The position numbers were made by a program, and so were the translations under genes. A stretch of DNA of 64,000 bases from Candidatus Tayloriibacteriota bacterium (GTDB lineage Bacteria; Patescibacteriota; Minisyncoccia; Phycocordibacterales; PALSA-1337), in assembly GCA_943350765.1 (NCBI GenBank), contig CALRAJ010000002.1:7994-71993 (forward strand), in the 5' to 3' direction. Each line of letters opens with the position of its first letter. Position 1 is the stretch's first letter. Below are positions 18,279-28,957 of this stretch, piece after piece. The notes below the pieces were generated by a model. The model was not told where the DNA came from. It made no database searches and saw only the letters and a list, made by a program, of their open reading frames with translations.

Positions 18279-19339
18279 AAACAGTTTGTTTTTTTGGTAT
18301 TTATGATCCAAACTATGCCCGCAACCGGGTCCTTATTTCTGGTTTTAAATCAAATGGGTATCAAATTGTCGGGTGTCGAGTTGACCCGAGACTTTTTCCT
18401 GGGATAAAAAAGTACATACAACTTTTTAAAGAGTATCAAAAGATAAAGTTAAAAAATTTTGATCAGGTGATTGTTGGGTTTCCAGGACACACTGTTGTGT
18501 GGCTCGCGTATCTTTTTTTTGGTCGTCGGGTTATCTTTGACGCTTTTTTATCTTTGTATGATTCAAATGTGTTTGACCGGAAAATATATGCTACTCGTAG
18601 TATTGGCGCATACAAAGATTGGTTTTTGGACTGGTATAGTTGCACCCTTGCCTCAAGAGTGTTATTGGATACCCACCAGCATGTGAAGTATTTTAGTGAG
18701 CAATTTTGTATTCCAGCAGAAAAATGTTTAGTCATACCGGTCGGTTCAGATGAATCTATTTTCTATCCGCGAAGTAGTACAAACAAGACCGATGTCTACA
18801 CCATCCACTTTCACGGTAGCTTTGTTCCATTACAAGGTATACGGTATATAGTCGAGGCGGCTGAAATACTTAAATATGAAAAAATACTATTTAATATAAT
18901 TGGAAGTGGTCAGGAATTTGATTTAATAAAAAATCAAGTGCGTAATAAAAAACTTGAAAAAACAATTTGTTTTTTAGGACGAAAGGATTTAGACAAATTA
19001 CCTGAATATATGGCGAATTCGGATGTTTGCCTAGGTATTTTTGGGGATACAGAAAAAACAAAACGAGTAATCCCTAACAAACTTTATGAGGCAATTGCGA
19101 TGAAACGGCCAGTTATATCGGCGGATACACCTGCACTACGCGAAATTTTTATTGAAGACGAGACAATATTTTTCTGCAATATTTCAGATGGAGTTAGTTT
19201 GGCAAGTAAAATAACCTGGCTTATGAAAAATAAGGAAAATGGTGAGCAGGTTGCACAAAATGCATATCAACTTTTTAAGGATAAATTGTCACCACATATT
19301 ATTGTCGCTAACTTAATATCAGCTTTACTACAAAGGTGA
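18275..19339 (+). CDS. Glycosyltransferase (GT4-like)
   Basis: MKTVCFFGIYDPNYARNRV..., C-terminal KLYEAIAMKRPVISADTPALREIF. Confidence 0.65.
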   Translation: MKTVCFFGIYDPNYARNRVLISGFKSNGYQIVGCRVDPRLFPGIKKYIQLFKEYQKIKLKNFDQVIVGFPGHTVVWLAYLFFGRRVIFDAFLSLYDSNVFDRKIYATRSIGAYKDWFLDWYSCTLASRVLLDTHQHVKYFSEQFCIPAEKCLVIPVGSDESIFYPRSSTNKTDVYTIHFHGSFVPLQGIRYIVEAAEILKYEKILFNIIGSGQEFDLIKNQVRNKKLEKTICFLGRKDLDKLPEYMANSDVCLGIFGDTEKTKRVIPNKLYEAIAMKRPVISADTPALREIFIEDETIFFCNISDGVSLASKITWLMKNKENGEQVAQNAYQLFKDKLSPHIIVANLISALLQR

Positions 19340-19376
19340 TAGACGATAGACTGTCTAGGTATCTAACATTAAAAAT

Positions 19377-20066
19377 ATGTTTTACTTTGCTGGTACGCGA
19401 AAACCAAACTTTTCTGATGTAAAAAAAATCGACTACAACGACTACTGGACTCACCGTGGTTTTGTTATTAATAAAAAATTAAAAGAACGAGAAGAGATTA
19501 TTTTTGATTATATTCCTAAAGGATCTAGGGTGCTTGATGTCGGTTGCGGTAACTCTCTTTTACCCATAAAACTTAAAAAAAAAGGTGTGGTGGTGGAGGT
19601 GGCGGATATTTCTGAAATTGTCTTAAGGGGATATGGTGCCCATGGAATACCAAGTGTGCGAGTTGATCTTGAAAAGCCCGCGGATATAAGATTGAATACG
19701 AAATATGACTACATTGTTTTGAGCGAAGTTCTTGAACATCTTACCAATCCCGAGGAAGTGGTGGCTGTACTCAAAAAAAGTGCGAAAAATCTCATTATAA
19801 CTATCCCAAATAGTGCTTTTTATAGATTTAGATTACATTTGTTTTTTGTCGGCAGATTCTTTACTCAGTGGGTATATCATCCTTCGGAACATGTGCGGTA
19901 CTGGTCACATGTTGATTTTTTAGATTGGCTCTTTTCTCGAGGACTTGCAGTAATCAAATCTGAGGCATCAAACGGTCTCAAACTTTTTGGTCTACCGTTG
20001 TTTCGTATTTGGCCAAATTTATTTGGGCACCAGATTTGTTATTTTGTAAAAACTAATGAACTATAA
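19377..20066 (+). CDS. Class I SAM-dependent methyltransferase
   Basis: Motif I VLDVGCGNSLL; post-I acidic motif; VLEHL. Confidence 0.75.
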   Translation: MFYFAGTRKPNFSDVKKIDYNDYWTHRGFVINKKLKEREEIIFDYIPKGSRVLDVGCGNSLLPIKLKKKGVVVEVADISEIVLRGYGAHGIPSVRVDLEKPADIRLNTKYDYIVLSEVLEHLTNPEEVVAVLKKSAKNLIITIPNSAFYRFRLHLFFVGRFFTQWVYHPSEHVRYWSHVDFLDWLFSRGLAVIKSEASNGLKLFGLPLFRIWPNLFGHQICYFVKTNEL

Positions 20067-21075
20067 AATTGCGATCATTAGCCCAACTGAAGCAAGTGAT
20101 GTCTTGGCAGACACTATCTTTGACGGATTACTGACACTGCGAAAGACTTTTCCTGAACTTTCATTTTATATACCAAAAGAGCATAACTATATAACCCCAC
20201 TTCATCTGAGCGACCATGAATTATCCACAGAAGACTTTGTTCGATATGCTGAGTCGGCCGACCTAATATTTTTAATGTTCAGTAAGCGCTTTACCAACTT
20301 TGCGCTTGCTGAAAAGATTAATCGTTGGAATAAAACTATCTACATTGACGGTTCTGAGCTCGGTAAAAATCGTCGGTACGATAGCACTATTCAAAAGATG
20401 GTTCTCGATGGAACATTTGACGGGAACGGTAGAATCAATACAGAAATGGTTGAGAAATGCATACTTTATTTTAGGCGAGAAAAACCATATATAAAAAGTA
20501 TTATTCCTCTACCTTTCGGTATCGAATCCCGTTATCAACAGGAGTATTCTAAGGATATTAAAAAGGATATTGATTTTTTCTGTGTATTCGGTCAGGATGA
20601 GTATCCACAGATGAGAAAACATGCACGAGATTTAGTAAAGGACTTTTGTGCTAAGAATAATTTCACCTGCCATACCGAAGTAACCGAAGGATTTAATTTT
20701 GATGCTGGAAAAAAGTCGGGTCGAAATGAATTTTACAGACTCCTTGCTCGTTCAAAGGTCGGTATATCGATAGGTGGTGGTGGATACGATACAAGTCGCT
20801 TCTGGGAAATTCTTGGAAATAACTGTGTTTTGCTTACAGAGAATATTGATATTTATACTCCAGACAGTAATGCTTTGCGGTATGATAGAATACATCAGTT
20901 TACAAATATATACGATTTAGACTACCAATTAAAAAAGTTGGGAGCATTTTTGAAAGATGAGTATAGTCAAGATAATATGGGAGGTGAGTATGATGTGATT
21001 GTAAAAAAGCACTCATCTGTTTCTCGGGTGATGATGATTTTAGAGGAAGCTAGAGTAAAAAAGTTAATTATCTAA
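20056..21075 (+). CDS. Hypothetical protein (possible glycosyltransferase-like)
   Basis: 339-aa ORF in the GT cluster; no clear motif. Confidence 0.45.
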   Translation: MNYKIAIISPTEASDVLADTIFDGLLTLRKTFPELSFYIPKEHNYITPLHLSDHELSTEDFVRYAESADLIFLMFSKRFTNFALAEKINRWNKTIYIDGSELGKNRRYDSTIQKMVLDGTFDGNGRINTEMVEKCILYFRREKPYIKSIIPLPFGIESRYQQEYSKDIKKDIDFFCVFGQDEYPQMRKHARDLVKDFCAKNNFTCHTEVTEGFNFDAGKKSGRNEFYRLLARSKVGISIGGGGYDTSRFWEILGNNCVLLTENIDIYTPDSNALRYDRIHQFTNIYDLDYQLKKLGAFLKDEYSQDNMGGEYDVIVKKHSSVSRVMMILEEARVKKLII

Positions 21076-21085
21076 TTATAATTGG

Positions 21086-21841
21086 ATGTCTTTTGAAGAA
21101 AAAAATAATCTTTGCTCAATCATAGTTTCTTCTTGTGATGCCTACTCAGATGCTTGGCATCCATTTTTTACATTGTTTTTTAGGTACTGGGTAGATTGCC
21201 CATTTCAAGTGTATCTTATTTCTGGGAAAAAAGGATATGAAGATGTTCGAGTTAAGAATGTGTTACTCGAGGACAAGGGTTGGGCGAACAATATGTTTGA
21301 AATGTTCAAAGAGATAAAATCACCATATATTTTGTATTTACAAGAGGATTATTTTTTACAAAGTAAGGTTGTTACTGAAAATGTTTCAGAGCTTGTAGAA
21401 AAAATGGAAAGGTGGGGAGCTGGTTATTTAAGACTTATGTCGTCACCAAGGCCAGATGTTGTCTTTGATGCTAATCCAATTCTAGGGATTATTAATCCAC
21501 ATTCTCCTTACAGGGTTTCTTTGCAAGCGTCAATTTGGAAAGTAGAAACCCTTAAAAAGTTACTCTGTCCTGGTGAAAGTGGCTGGAGTATGGAGAAATA
21601 TGGTTCAGAAAGATCTAGCGTTCTACCAGAGCTATTTCTCTCCACCTTCAGGCCAATTTTGGACTATTACACCCCTACAGCGATAAAAAAAGGCAAATGG
21701 ATGCCAGGGGCATTGTGGCTTTGTAAAAAAGAAGGTATTGTGGTAGATATGTCGATGCGTCCAGTATATACATGGCGTAAGGTCGTATGGGGAAGAATTC
21801 GGAATCATCTTTCTACCATTTTTCACTCTTGCATGTCATGA
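21086..21841 (+). CDS. Hypothetical protein (possible nucleotide-sugar transferase-like)
   Basis: 251-aa ORF; IIVSSCDAYSDAW N-terminus; no confident family. Confidence 0.45.
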   Translation: MSFEEKNNLCSIIVSSCDAYSDAWHPFFTLFFRYWVDCPFQVYLISGKKGYEDVRVKNVLLEDKGWANNMFEMFKEIKSPYILYLQEDYFLQSKVVTENVSELVEKMERWGAGYLRLMSSPRPDVVFDANPILGIINPHSPYRVSLQASIWKVETLKKLLCPGESGWSMEKYGSERSSVLPELFLSTFRPILDYYTPTAIKKGKWMPGALWLCKKEGIVVDMSMRPVYTWRKVVWGRIRNHLSTIFHSCMS

Positions 21842-22953
21842 TAAAACTTTGTTATATAGCAAATATTCGTATACCTACAGAACGGGCACATGGAATACAG
21901 ATAGCGAAAACCTGTGAAGCACTTGGTCACGAGGGTATGGATGTAACCCTAGTGGTTCCTCGTAGGATGAATACAATACGTACAAATGTCTACGATTATT
22001 ATGGTGTAAGGAAAAATTTTAAAACTGTTTTTCTTCCGACTATTGACTTGATCAATTTTGGGAAAATTGGTTTCTCGATCCAATCGGTGCTTTTTGCGGT
22101 TGCTAGTTTTATATACTTGCTGAGAAATGATTTTCAGGTATTTTATTCACGAAATCGGCTACCTCTTTTATTTAGTCTGTGTGTAAGTGGTAAAAAGATT
22201 TGGGAGGTCCATGATGCCAAGAGTGGAGTGCGTACGGATTTTCTTTTGAAAAGGATTTCTGGAATAGTTGCTATTTCTCGTGGTTTGAAAGTTTTTTATG
22301 AAGAGAAAAAAGTTTTAAAAGAAAAAATAATCGTTGCACCAGATGGTGTTTCTATCGACCGTTTTTTTATAACCGAGAGTCAGTTAGAGGTTAGAAAAAA
22401 GCTAGGCTTACCATTGGATAAGAAATTAGTTCTTTATACAGGCCAATTATATGGATGGAAAGGTGTGCAGACGCTTGCCGACGCTGCTGTTTTGCTTGGG
22501 CAGGAGGTAAACACTATTTTTGTCGGTGGCAGTAGTAAACATCAGTCAGATTTTAGGCAGAGAAATTATGACTCAAGGATAATTCTTTTTCCGCAACAGA
22601 CTTATGATAAGATCCCTTATTTTTTAAAAGCTGCTGATGTTTTGGTGCTTCCAAACACTGCAAAAGAATCTATTTCAAATTTGTATACTTCTCCTATGAA
22701 ACTTTTCGAATATATGGCAAGTGGGGTGTCAATTGTCGCATCTAGAATTCCTTCTATATGTGAAGTTTTGAATGATACTAATGCTACACTGGTCGAAGCA
22801 GATAATCCCAAAGCTTTTGCGGATGGCCTACAAAAGGTTTTTCATAATCCTGTCGAGGCGAAAAGAGTGGCAGGTCAAGCGAAAAAGGACAGTCTTCAGT
22901 ATGACTGGTCTGTCCGGGCAAGGACAATAATTAATTTTTGTAATAGTCAATAA
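21838..22953 (+). CDS. Glycosyltransferase family 4 (start refined to the ATGA overlap at 21838)
   Basis: VLVLPNTAKESISNLYTSPMKLFEYMASGVSIVASRIP GT4 motif. Confidence 0.8.
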   Translation: MIKLCYIANIRIPTERAHGIQIAKTCEALGHEGMDVTLVVPRRMNTIRTNVYDYYGVRKNFKTVFLPTIDLINFGKIGFSIQSVLFAVASFIYLLRNDFQVFYSRNRLPLLFSLCVSGKKIWEVHDAKSGVRTDFLLKRISGIVAISRGLKVFYEEKKVLKEKIIVAPDGVSIDRFFITESQLEVRKKLGLPLDKKLVLYTGQLYGWKGVQTLADAAVLLGQEVNTIFVGGSSKHQSDFRQRNYDSRIILFPQQTYDKIPYFLKAADVLVLPNTAKESISNLYTSPMKLFEYMASGVSIVASRIPSICEVLNDTNATLVEADNPKAFADGLQKVFHNPVEAKRVAGQAKKDSLQYDWSVRARTIINFCNSQ

Positions 22954-22956
22954 TAT

Positions 22957-24069
22957 ATGAAAATTCTTTTTATTACAGAGTCGCTTGACCAGAAGAATGG
23001 GTGGGGAAGATATTCTCTTGGTTTAATTAAGCATCTCGGGGAAATGAATATTGAGTTGTATGTGCTTTGTCATAAAGTTTTTAGCACAGAGCCTTTCAGG
23101 CAAATTTCCGGATTACCAACTGCGTTGAATTTCCGGACTAACTATATGTTTTTTCTTTTTCATGTCGTAAAGATTCTGTTTTATAGTAGGTTGGAAAAGC
23201 CGGATATGATTCATTGTGTAGTGGAAACATATGCTCCTATAGCTTGGCTACTTTCAAAATACTGGGGAATTCCGTATGTGCTTACTATTCATGGTTCTTT
23301 TGCTATTAAAACACTAATTAATCCTTGGTACTCTTTGATACAAAAAAGGTGTTATCGGCAGGCGCAGACTATTGTTGCGGTTAGTAATTATACAAAAAAG
23401 AGATTACTTGAAAAAGTTTGGCTGGAGAATGTTGTGGTTATTCCAAATGGTGTGGAGCAATCCTTTTTTTCAATACAACAGACAAATACAGGAGAACCTA
23501 TGGTGTTGGGTGTAGGAGCCTTAAAACATCGTAAAGGTTTCCATGTTGTGTTGCGAGCTCTTGCTGAAGTAAAACGCTTTATTCCCGACATTAAATATTA
23601 CATGGTGGGCAGTACCCAAGATTCAAAGTATAGACTTTATTTGCGTGGAATTATCCATGAATTAGGTCTTGAGGAAACAGTTGTTGAATGTGGAAGTATT
23701 GATGAGGTGGAGCTCAAAAAACTCTATAGTATCTCGAGGTTGTTTGTGCTGACCCCAATCAGCGATGAGTATGATTTTGAAGGCTTTGGCCTTGTCTATC
23801 TTGAGGCAAATGCTACAGGTCTGCCCGTTATCGGTACTTATAATAGTGGAGCAGAAGATGCAATAAGTGATGGCAAAAGTGGTTTTTTGGTGCCACCAGA
23901 GAGCGTGTCGGCCTTGGCGGAAAAGATTTTGCTAGTACTTCAAGATTCTTCAGTATATAATAAGCTATCTCAAGGGGGGCAAGTCTGGGCAAAAAGTATG
24001 TTGTGGACTGAAATAATAAAAAGATATCAAAAAGTTTATGATCTTAAAAGACATTCTATATACAATTAA
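22957..24069 (+). CDS. Glycosyltransferase family 4
   Basis: FEGFGLVYLEANATGLPVIGTYNSGAEDAISDGKSGFLV GT4 motif. Confidence 0.8.
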   Translation: MKILFITESLDQKNGWGRYSLGLIKHLGEMNIELYVLCHKVFSTEPFRQISGLPTALNFRTNYMFFLFHVVKILFYSRLEKPDMIHCVVETYAPIAWLLSKYWGIPYVLTIHGSFAIKTLINPWYSLIQKRCYRQAQTIVAVSNYTKKRLLEKVWLENVVVIPNGVEQSFFSIQQTNTGEPMVLGVGALKHRKGFHVVLRALAEVKRFIPDIKYYMVGSTQDSKYRLYLRGIIHELGLEETVVECGSIDEVELKKLYSISRLFVLTPISDEYDFEGFGLVYLEANATGLPVIGTYNSGAEDAISDGKSGFLVPPESVSALAEKILLVLQDSSVYNKLSQGGQVWAKSMLWTEIIKRYQKVYDLKRHSIYN

Positions 24070-24772
24070 AGAGGATTTTAAAAAACTAAGAATTTATCCA
24101 GATGTATCTCTTGAGAATGGGTATGTAGTTGATTACGAAAAATATTGGAAAAAACGAGGTAGAAATAATCAATCGGTACTGACGCAGTGGCAGAAAGATC
24201 GTGCTGACCGTATCTCAAAGATGGTTTCAAAAGATGATGTGATCATTGATGTCGGATGCGGAGACGCTTCGCTTTTAAAATATTTAATTGATAAAACTGG
24301 AGTCCGTGGGGTTGGGGTCGATATGAGTGAGCCGATTCTCGAAAATGCAAAAAATATAGATGTAGAGACAATCGTCCTTGATATCTCAAAGATAGATACC
24401 CTGGGTCAGTTACCTGAAGCTGACTATATAATGGGACTGGAAATTTTGGAGCACATGCCGAATCCCGAAGAGTTTATAATGGCTGTTCGTAAGAAGGTTA
24501 GAAAAGGTATGATTTTTTCTTTCCCTAATACTGGGTATTATGCACATCGCTTGAGGTTACTTTTTGGCTCGTTCCCATTACAATGGATTTTGCACCCAAG
24601 TGAGCATTTACGCTACTGGACTGTACGAGATGCGCGTTTTTGGGTTGATTCACTTGGCTTTAAAATGGATAAAATTATTTTGTATCAAGGTGTAACCGTG
24701 CTAAATAATATATTTCCTTCGCTTTTTGGGAAGGGAATCATTATTAAAATTTCCGAAAAAAATGAAGGATAA
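24038..24772 (+). CDS. Class I SAM-dependent methyltransferase
   Basis: Motif I IIDVGCGDASLL; paralogous to 19377-20066 (shared EILEHMPNPEEF, HPSEHLRYW). Confidence 0.75.
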   Translation: MILKDILYTIKEDFKKLRIYPDVSLENGYVVDYEKYWKKRGRNNQSVLTQWQKDRADRISKMVSKDDVIIDVGCGDASLLKYLIDKTGVRGVGVDMSEPILENAKNIDVETIVLDISKIDTLGQLPEADYIMGLEILEHMPNPEEFIMAVRKKVRKGMIFSFPNTGYYAHRLRLLFGSFPLQWILHPSEHLRYWTVRDARFWVDSLGFKMDKIILYQGVTVLNNIFPSLFGKGIIIKISEKNEG

Positions 24773-26144
24773 GACCCTTCTGATAACAGTATTTCATAGT
24801 TTTATTTCAAAAAACTTTCTTAACACAGAGGCATTCTCTTTGTTGAAATCCTCGCCAGGACTCAAGATAATATTAATGGTCCCTAAAAATAAAGAAAGCT
24901 TTTTTACAGAACAGTATTCTGGTGTGAATGTCGTGGTGGCTGGATTTGATTTTGGTAGTATTCTCAGTAGAAAAAAAGTACAAATTTTATCTGCACTGAG
25001 CCATCTTCTTTTGGATTCCCATTATCTTTGGTATAAAAAGGTGGAACGGCGTGACAAAAGTACCCACTTACTAAGATCCATTAAGTATTATTTTGAACTA
25101 GCATTTACATATGTTTTTTCCGGTAAAAAGTATGCACATTCTGTGCTAAGATTTCTATTTAAAAAGATGCTTGTGGTCCCAGAAATTGAAGCTTTGTTCG
25201 ATCGATATGTACCAGATATTGTATTTTCTACAGATGTGTTTGATGAAATGGATGTCTTGGTAAATAGGGAGGCCAGAGCTCGAAGTATAAGGATTATTGG
25301 TATGGTCAGATCATGGGACAATTGCTACAGTAAGGGTGTTTTGCGAGTCATCCCCGACACTCTTTTGGTTAATAATGTAGAAATTAAAAAAGAAGCAATC
25401 TCTCTCCACGATGTTTGTGAAGATCAAATCAGTATTGTTGGTTTACCGCAATATGACCAGTTTGTGAATGGTGTTCGGACAGAGCGTAAAGACTTCTTTC
25501 GTGAAATAGGCGCAGATCAAAATAAAAAATTAATTCTTTTTTCTCCTGCTGGTTCAGTACTCTCAGATATTGATTGGCAGTTATGTACTATATTGAAGCG
25601 ATTGGTTGACACACATAAAATAAATGAACCGGTGACATTTCTAATTCGGAATCACCCACATCATCCGGCCGACTTGTCACTATTTAAGTCAGATTCAAAT
25701 TTTATAATAGAAAGACCCGGTACCTCGTTCGGCCTTAATGGTAAGGAGGTCGAGTTGTCTAGAAAAGACTCTCAACATCTCGGAGACTCTCTTTATTATA
25801 GTGATATTGTTATGTATGTCGCGACGACTTTGGGTAATGATTCATTACTTTTTGATAAGCCACAGATTATCATTAATTTTGACGGTTGGGAGAACAAAGA
25901 ATATGCAAGAAGCACTAAGAGATACCATAACGAAGACCATATGAAAAAGATGATAGCGTGCGGGGGTGTTTCGGTGGTTACAAATGAACAGGAGTTGACG
26001 ATAGCTCTAAACGCTTATTTGAAGGACCCTGGATATTTAAAGGAGGGGCGCTTGCGGACACTTGCTCAGCAGGTTTGTTATACGGACGGCAAGTCATGTG
26101 AAAGAATCACTCGTTGTCTCAATGAAGAACTGAAAAAAGTATAG
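24762..26144 (+). CDS. Hypothetical polysaccharide-biosynthesis protein (GT-B-like?)
   Basis: About 460-aa ORF in the glycan locus; no confident motif. Confidence 0.45.
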   Translation: MKDKTLLITVFHSFISKNFLNTEAFSLLKSSPGLKIILMVPKNKESFFTEQYSGVNVVVAGFDFGSILSRKKVQILSALSHLLLDSHYLWYKKVERRDKSTHLLRSIKYYFELAFTYVFSGKKYAHSVLRFLFKKMLVVPEIEALFDRYVPDIVFSTDVFDEMDVLVNREARARSIRIIGMVRSWDNCYSKGVLRVIPDTLLVNNVEIKKEAISLHDVCEDQISIVGLPQYDQFVNGVRTERKDFFREIGADQNKKLILFSPAGSVLSDIDWQLCTILKRLVDTHKINEPVTFLIRNHPHHPADLSLFKSDSNFIIERPGTSFGLNGKEVELSRKDSQHLGDSLYYSDIVMYVATTLGNDSLLFDKPQIIINFDGWENKEYARSTKRYHNEDHMKKMIACGGVSVVTNEQELTIALNAYLKDPGYLKEGRLRTLAQQVCYTDGKSCERITRCLNEELKKV

Positions 26145-26178
26145 TCAAAACTATTTGATATGGTAATATACATGGAAT

Positions 26179-27390
26179 ATGGATCAAAATAATGTTGTTG
26201 GTATTCAGATAAAGGACATACTCAAATCCACTCGTCTTGGTTTATTTCCATTACCGACAGATGTTTCTATTGAAGAATGCTGGACATGTTTCTGTTGTAC
26301 TAAAAAACTGGAAGTTTTTGCTGTATTAATTGGGGTAAAAGTACATTCTCAAATTCGTGTCGGAGTCTGTGGTTACTGTGGGTATATGGGGTATATTGAT
26401 CGGCCAGCCAAGGCATGGCTTACTTCCTTTTATTCTATTGATTGGGATAAAGAGTTTATGCGTTCGGCTACACAGATGAAAAGTGATGTTGTTTTGCAGA
26501 AGGGTGGTGTTAAAGGTAGTAGACAGCGTGCTTTTGAGCTCCATCGTCAGGTTCCGGTTGATAAAAAGAAGCCTTATTTTGAAATTGGAAGTGGTTACGG
26601 CCAAGTTATGAAGAACTTTGAAATTGCAGGTTTCGAAAAGCTCTATGGCATAGAGAATTCTAAACATCGAACTGAATTGGTAAAAAAAGTGTTTGGTTTC
26701 GAAATCCATCACGGTGATTTTGGGAGTAGAGAGGTCACAGAAAAGATCAATAAAAATGCTCCATACGGGCTTATTTTTTCACACCATGTGCTTGAGCATG
26801 TATACGATCCAAATGAGGTGGTGCGTGCTATGGCAGGGATGCAGGATGAAGGGGACTATGCTATTTTTGCAGTACCCAACGTTGCTGGTGAACATATGAA
26901 TTATGTCACTTTGTACTGGCCACATTTACATGGGTTTACAAAAGAGTCGCTCGAAATACTTTTTAATCGTCATGGTTATGAGGTCGTTGTCGACGGGTCC
27001 CCAGATATACTTAATATTATTTTTGTCCTAAAAAAAACAAAGAATCCAAAAGCAATTTTTAAAAAGAGAGATGATTATGTTGCTGAGGCAAAAAAACGAA
27101 TTCGTGTTGCCATGAGTGCAGGTGTCTTGTCGAAAGGTCTATCTGAGCTTCTTTGGGACCAAAAAATCACAGAGAGAGATAATTCATCAGTGCAAAAAAT
27201 AAGCGGGGGATTTTTCGGGGGAATTATTATTTGGCATGCGAAACAAATAATTTCTTGGATAAAGTCCAGAATTTTTAAAAGGCTTAGTGTGCAGTATTCA
27301 TTGCTTGTTTCGCCTGTTTTTGAGAAGATTAGTAAATATGATGCTTTCGAGATACAATTTAAAAAGAATATTACTTTCTTAATAAAATAG
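26179..27390 (+). CDS. SAM-dependent methyltransferase with N-terminal Cys-rich (zinc-ribbon-like) region
   Basis: CWTCFCC..CGYCGYM cysteine cluster; motif I FEIGSGYGQV; HHVLEHVYDP. Confidence 0.6.
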   Translation: MDQNNVVGIQIKDILKSTRLGLFPLPTDVSIEECWTCFCCTKKLEVFAVLIGVKVHSQIRVGVCGYCGYMGYIDRPAKAWLTSFYSIDWDKEFMRSATQMKSDVVLQKGGVKGSRQRAFELHRQVPVDKKKPYFEIGSGYGQVMKNFEIAGFEKLYGIENSKHRTELVKKVFGFEIHHGDFGSREVTEKINKNAPYGLIFSHHVLEHVYDPNEVVRAMAGMQDEGDYAIFAVPNVAGEHMNYVTLYWPHLHGFTKESLEILFNRHGYEVVVDGSPDILNIIFVLKKTKNPKAIFKKRDDYVAEAKKRIRVAMSAGVLSKGLSELLWDQKITERDNSSVQKISGGFFGGIIIWHAKQIISWIKSRIFKRLSVQYSLLVSPVFEKISKYDAFEIQFKKNITFLIK

Positions 27391-27392
27391 AT

Positions 27393-28145
27393 ATGATTCA
27401 GTATTATAATGTTGAGGCTTTTGCTCAGTTAAAAAAAGAACGGAAAACAGCCGGCAGGGGATTTAAGTACGGTTTTGTTACGGGTGTGTTTAAGGAAGAT
27501 GTATATAAGGAACTCATTCGCACTTTCCCTGATGTTAAGAAGTTTGAATTAGTAGATAAAGAATCCGGTGGAGGACATAAACGATTTTATGTTGGACCAA
27601 ATTATTATAGCGGAAAACATTGGGGGTCTACTAGACATCTCAATGGACTTCCTGAAATATGGAAAGAGGTTATAAAAGAATCTGGTTCAAAAGAACTACT
27701 TGATTTAGTAGCTGACGCTACAGGTGTTGATTGTAACTCACTTTGTAATTTTGGATTTACATACGGCAACGAGGGGTGTGTTCAGGGGCCACATATTGAT
27801 GGTGCTGCTCGACCAAATGACCCATCTCCTGTACACGCCACCATCGCCTGCCTGCTTTACTTTAATGAAAAAACAGGTGGTGTCGCGGGGACGGAAGTCT
27901 ATGATATTGATCGAAAAACAGTTTTGTTTGCGGTGCCTGATTTGCGAAACAGTTTCTTCTATTTTGAACAACATCCTGATTCTTGGCATGGTTTTCCGAC
28001 TGTACCAAAGGGGGCAGACCGTCGCCTGGTGAGTCTTTCATTTAGTCAGGAGAAAGATATAATCAAGATAGATGACTCATTCCTTAATGTAGTTTACCTT
28101 AAGAGTTTTGTTAAAGGGTTAATTAAAAAGATATTTAGTCGCTAG
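27393..28145 (+). CDS. 2OG-Fe(II) oxygenase-like protein
   Basis: HxD (GPHIDGAA), distal His (HPDSWHGF) and RxS (RRLVSLSF) triad arrangement. Confidence 0.45.
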   Translation: MIQYYNVEAFAQLKKERKTAGRGFKYGFVTGVFKEDVYKELIRTFPDVKKFELVDKESGGGHKRFYVGPNYYSGKHWGSTRHLNGLPEIWKEVIKESGSKELLDLVADATGVDCNSLCNFGFTYGNEGCVQGPHIDGAARPNDPSPVHATIACLLYFNEKTGGVAGTEVYDIDRKTVLFAVPDLRNSFFYFEQHPDSWHGFPTVPKGADRRLVSLSFSQEKDIIKIDDSFLNVVYLKSFVKGLIKKIFSR

Positions 28146-28196
28146 CGTTACGGTTGGTAAACATTATTGCAGGTACACTTTGTTTATCAGGTCGAT

Positions 28197-28925
28197 CTAT
28201 TTGTCTAACAAAAGTTTTTTGAATCTTATTTCTGACACTTCCCATTCGTCTGGGGTGTTAATATCCATTTCGTATTTTGCTGGTTCAGCCGTCACACAGA
28301 GCTCTACTTTATCGCCATAGAGATTTGGTCGCTCTGGGTCGTAGAGATTTTTTGGCTTCAAGACATATGCGATGTCATTTCGAGCGTAACATTTCTGAGG
28401 AAAATCTTGTCGACGGGTGAGTATTTTTTTAAGGGGCACATTTCCCCAGAGGGTAATTTTGCTATCCGGATTTCTGGTCAATGTCCAGTACGGAGTATGG
28501 TTTGCAGGTGTTTCGTTTACTGTTATCACAGAGTCAGCCAATGTTTTTTTAAAAATCTCGATTGCTTCTGTTAGATGATCTGCCTTTCGAGCTGGACTTG
28601 TTGGAAGGACCATAATAAGACCATCCGCCTCATAACCCTCGTTTTCTTTGAGCCATTCATATGTATGTTTTAGGACGGGTTCTATACCTATGGTGTCAAT
28701 TGAAAATTCTGGTGGTCTTAAAAAAGGTACTTCGGCACCATGTTCTTTTGCAATATCTGATATTTCTTTACTGTCCGTCGAGACGATGACCCTATCTATT
28801 AGAGGACAATTCTTTGCAGTTTCTATTGTCCATGCGATCAGGGGCTTACCACAAAAATCTCGGATATTTTTAAAAGGGATAGATTTTGAGCCACCTCTTG
28901 CTGGTATAATTGCTATAATTTTCAT
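28197..28925 (-). CDS. CMP-nonulosonic acid synthetase (acylneuraminate cytidylyltransferase family)
   Basis: MKIIAIIPARGGSKSIPFKNI...GKPLIAWTIE N-terminus diagnostic of the CMP-NeuAc/CMP-KDO synthetase fold. Confidence 0.8.
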   Translation of the reverse strand: MKIIAIIPARGGSKSIPFKNIRDFCGKPLIAWTIETAKNCPLIDRVIVSTDSKEISDIAKEHGAEVPFLRPPEFSIDTIGIEPVLKHTYEWLKENEGYEADGLIMVLPTSPARKADHLTEAIEIFKKTLADSVITVNETPANHTPYWTLTRNPDSKITLWGNVPLKKILTRRQDFPQKCYARNDIAYVLKPKNLYDPERPNLYGDKVELCVTAEPAKYEMDINTPDEWEVSEIRFKKLLLDK

Positions 28926-28957
28926 AACATATAGTATACTATATCAGTCTTTAATAT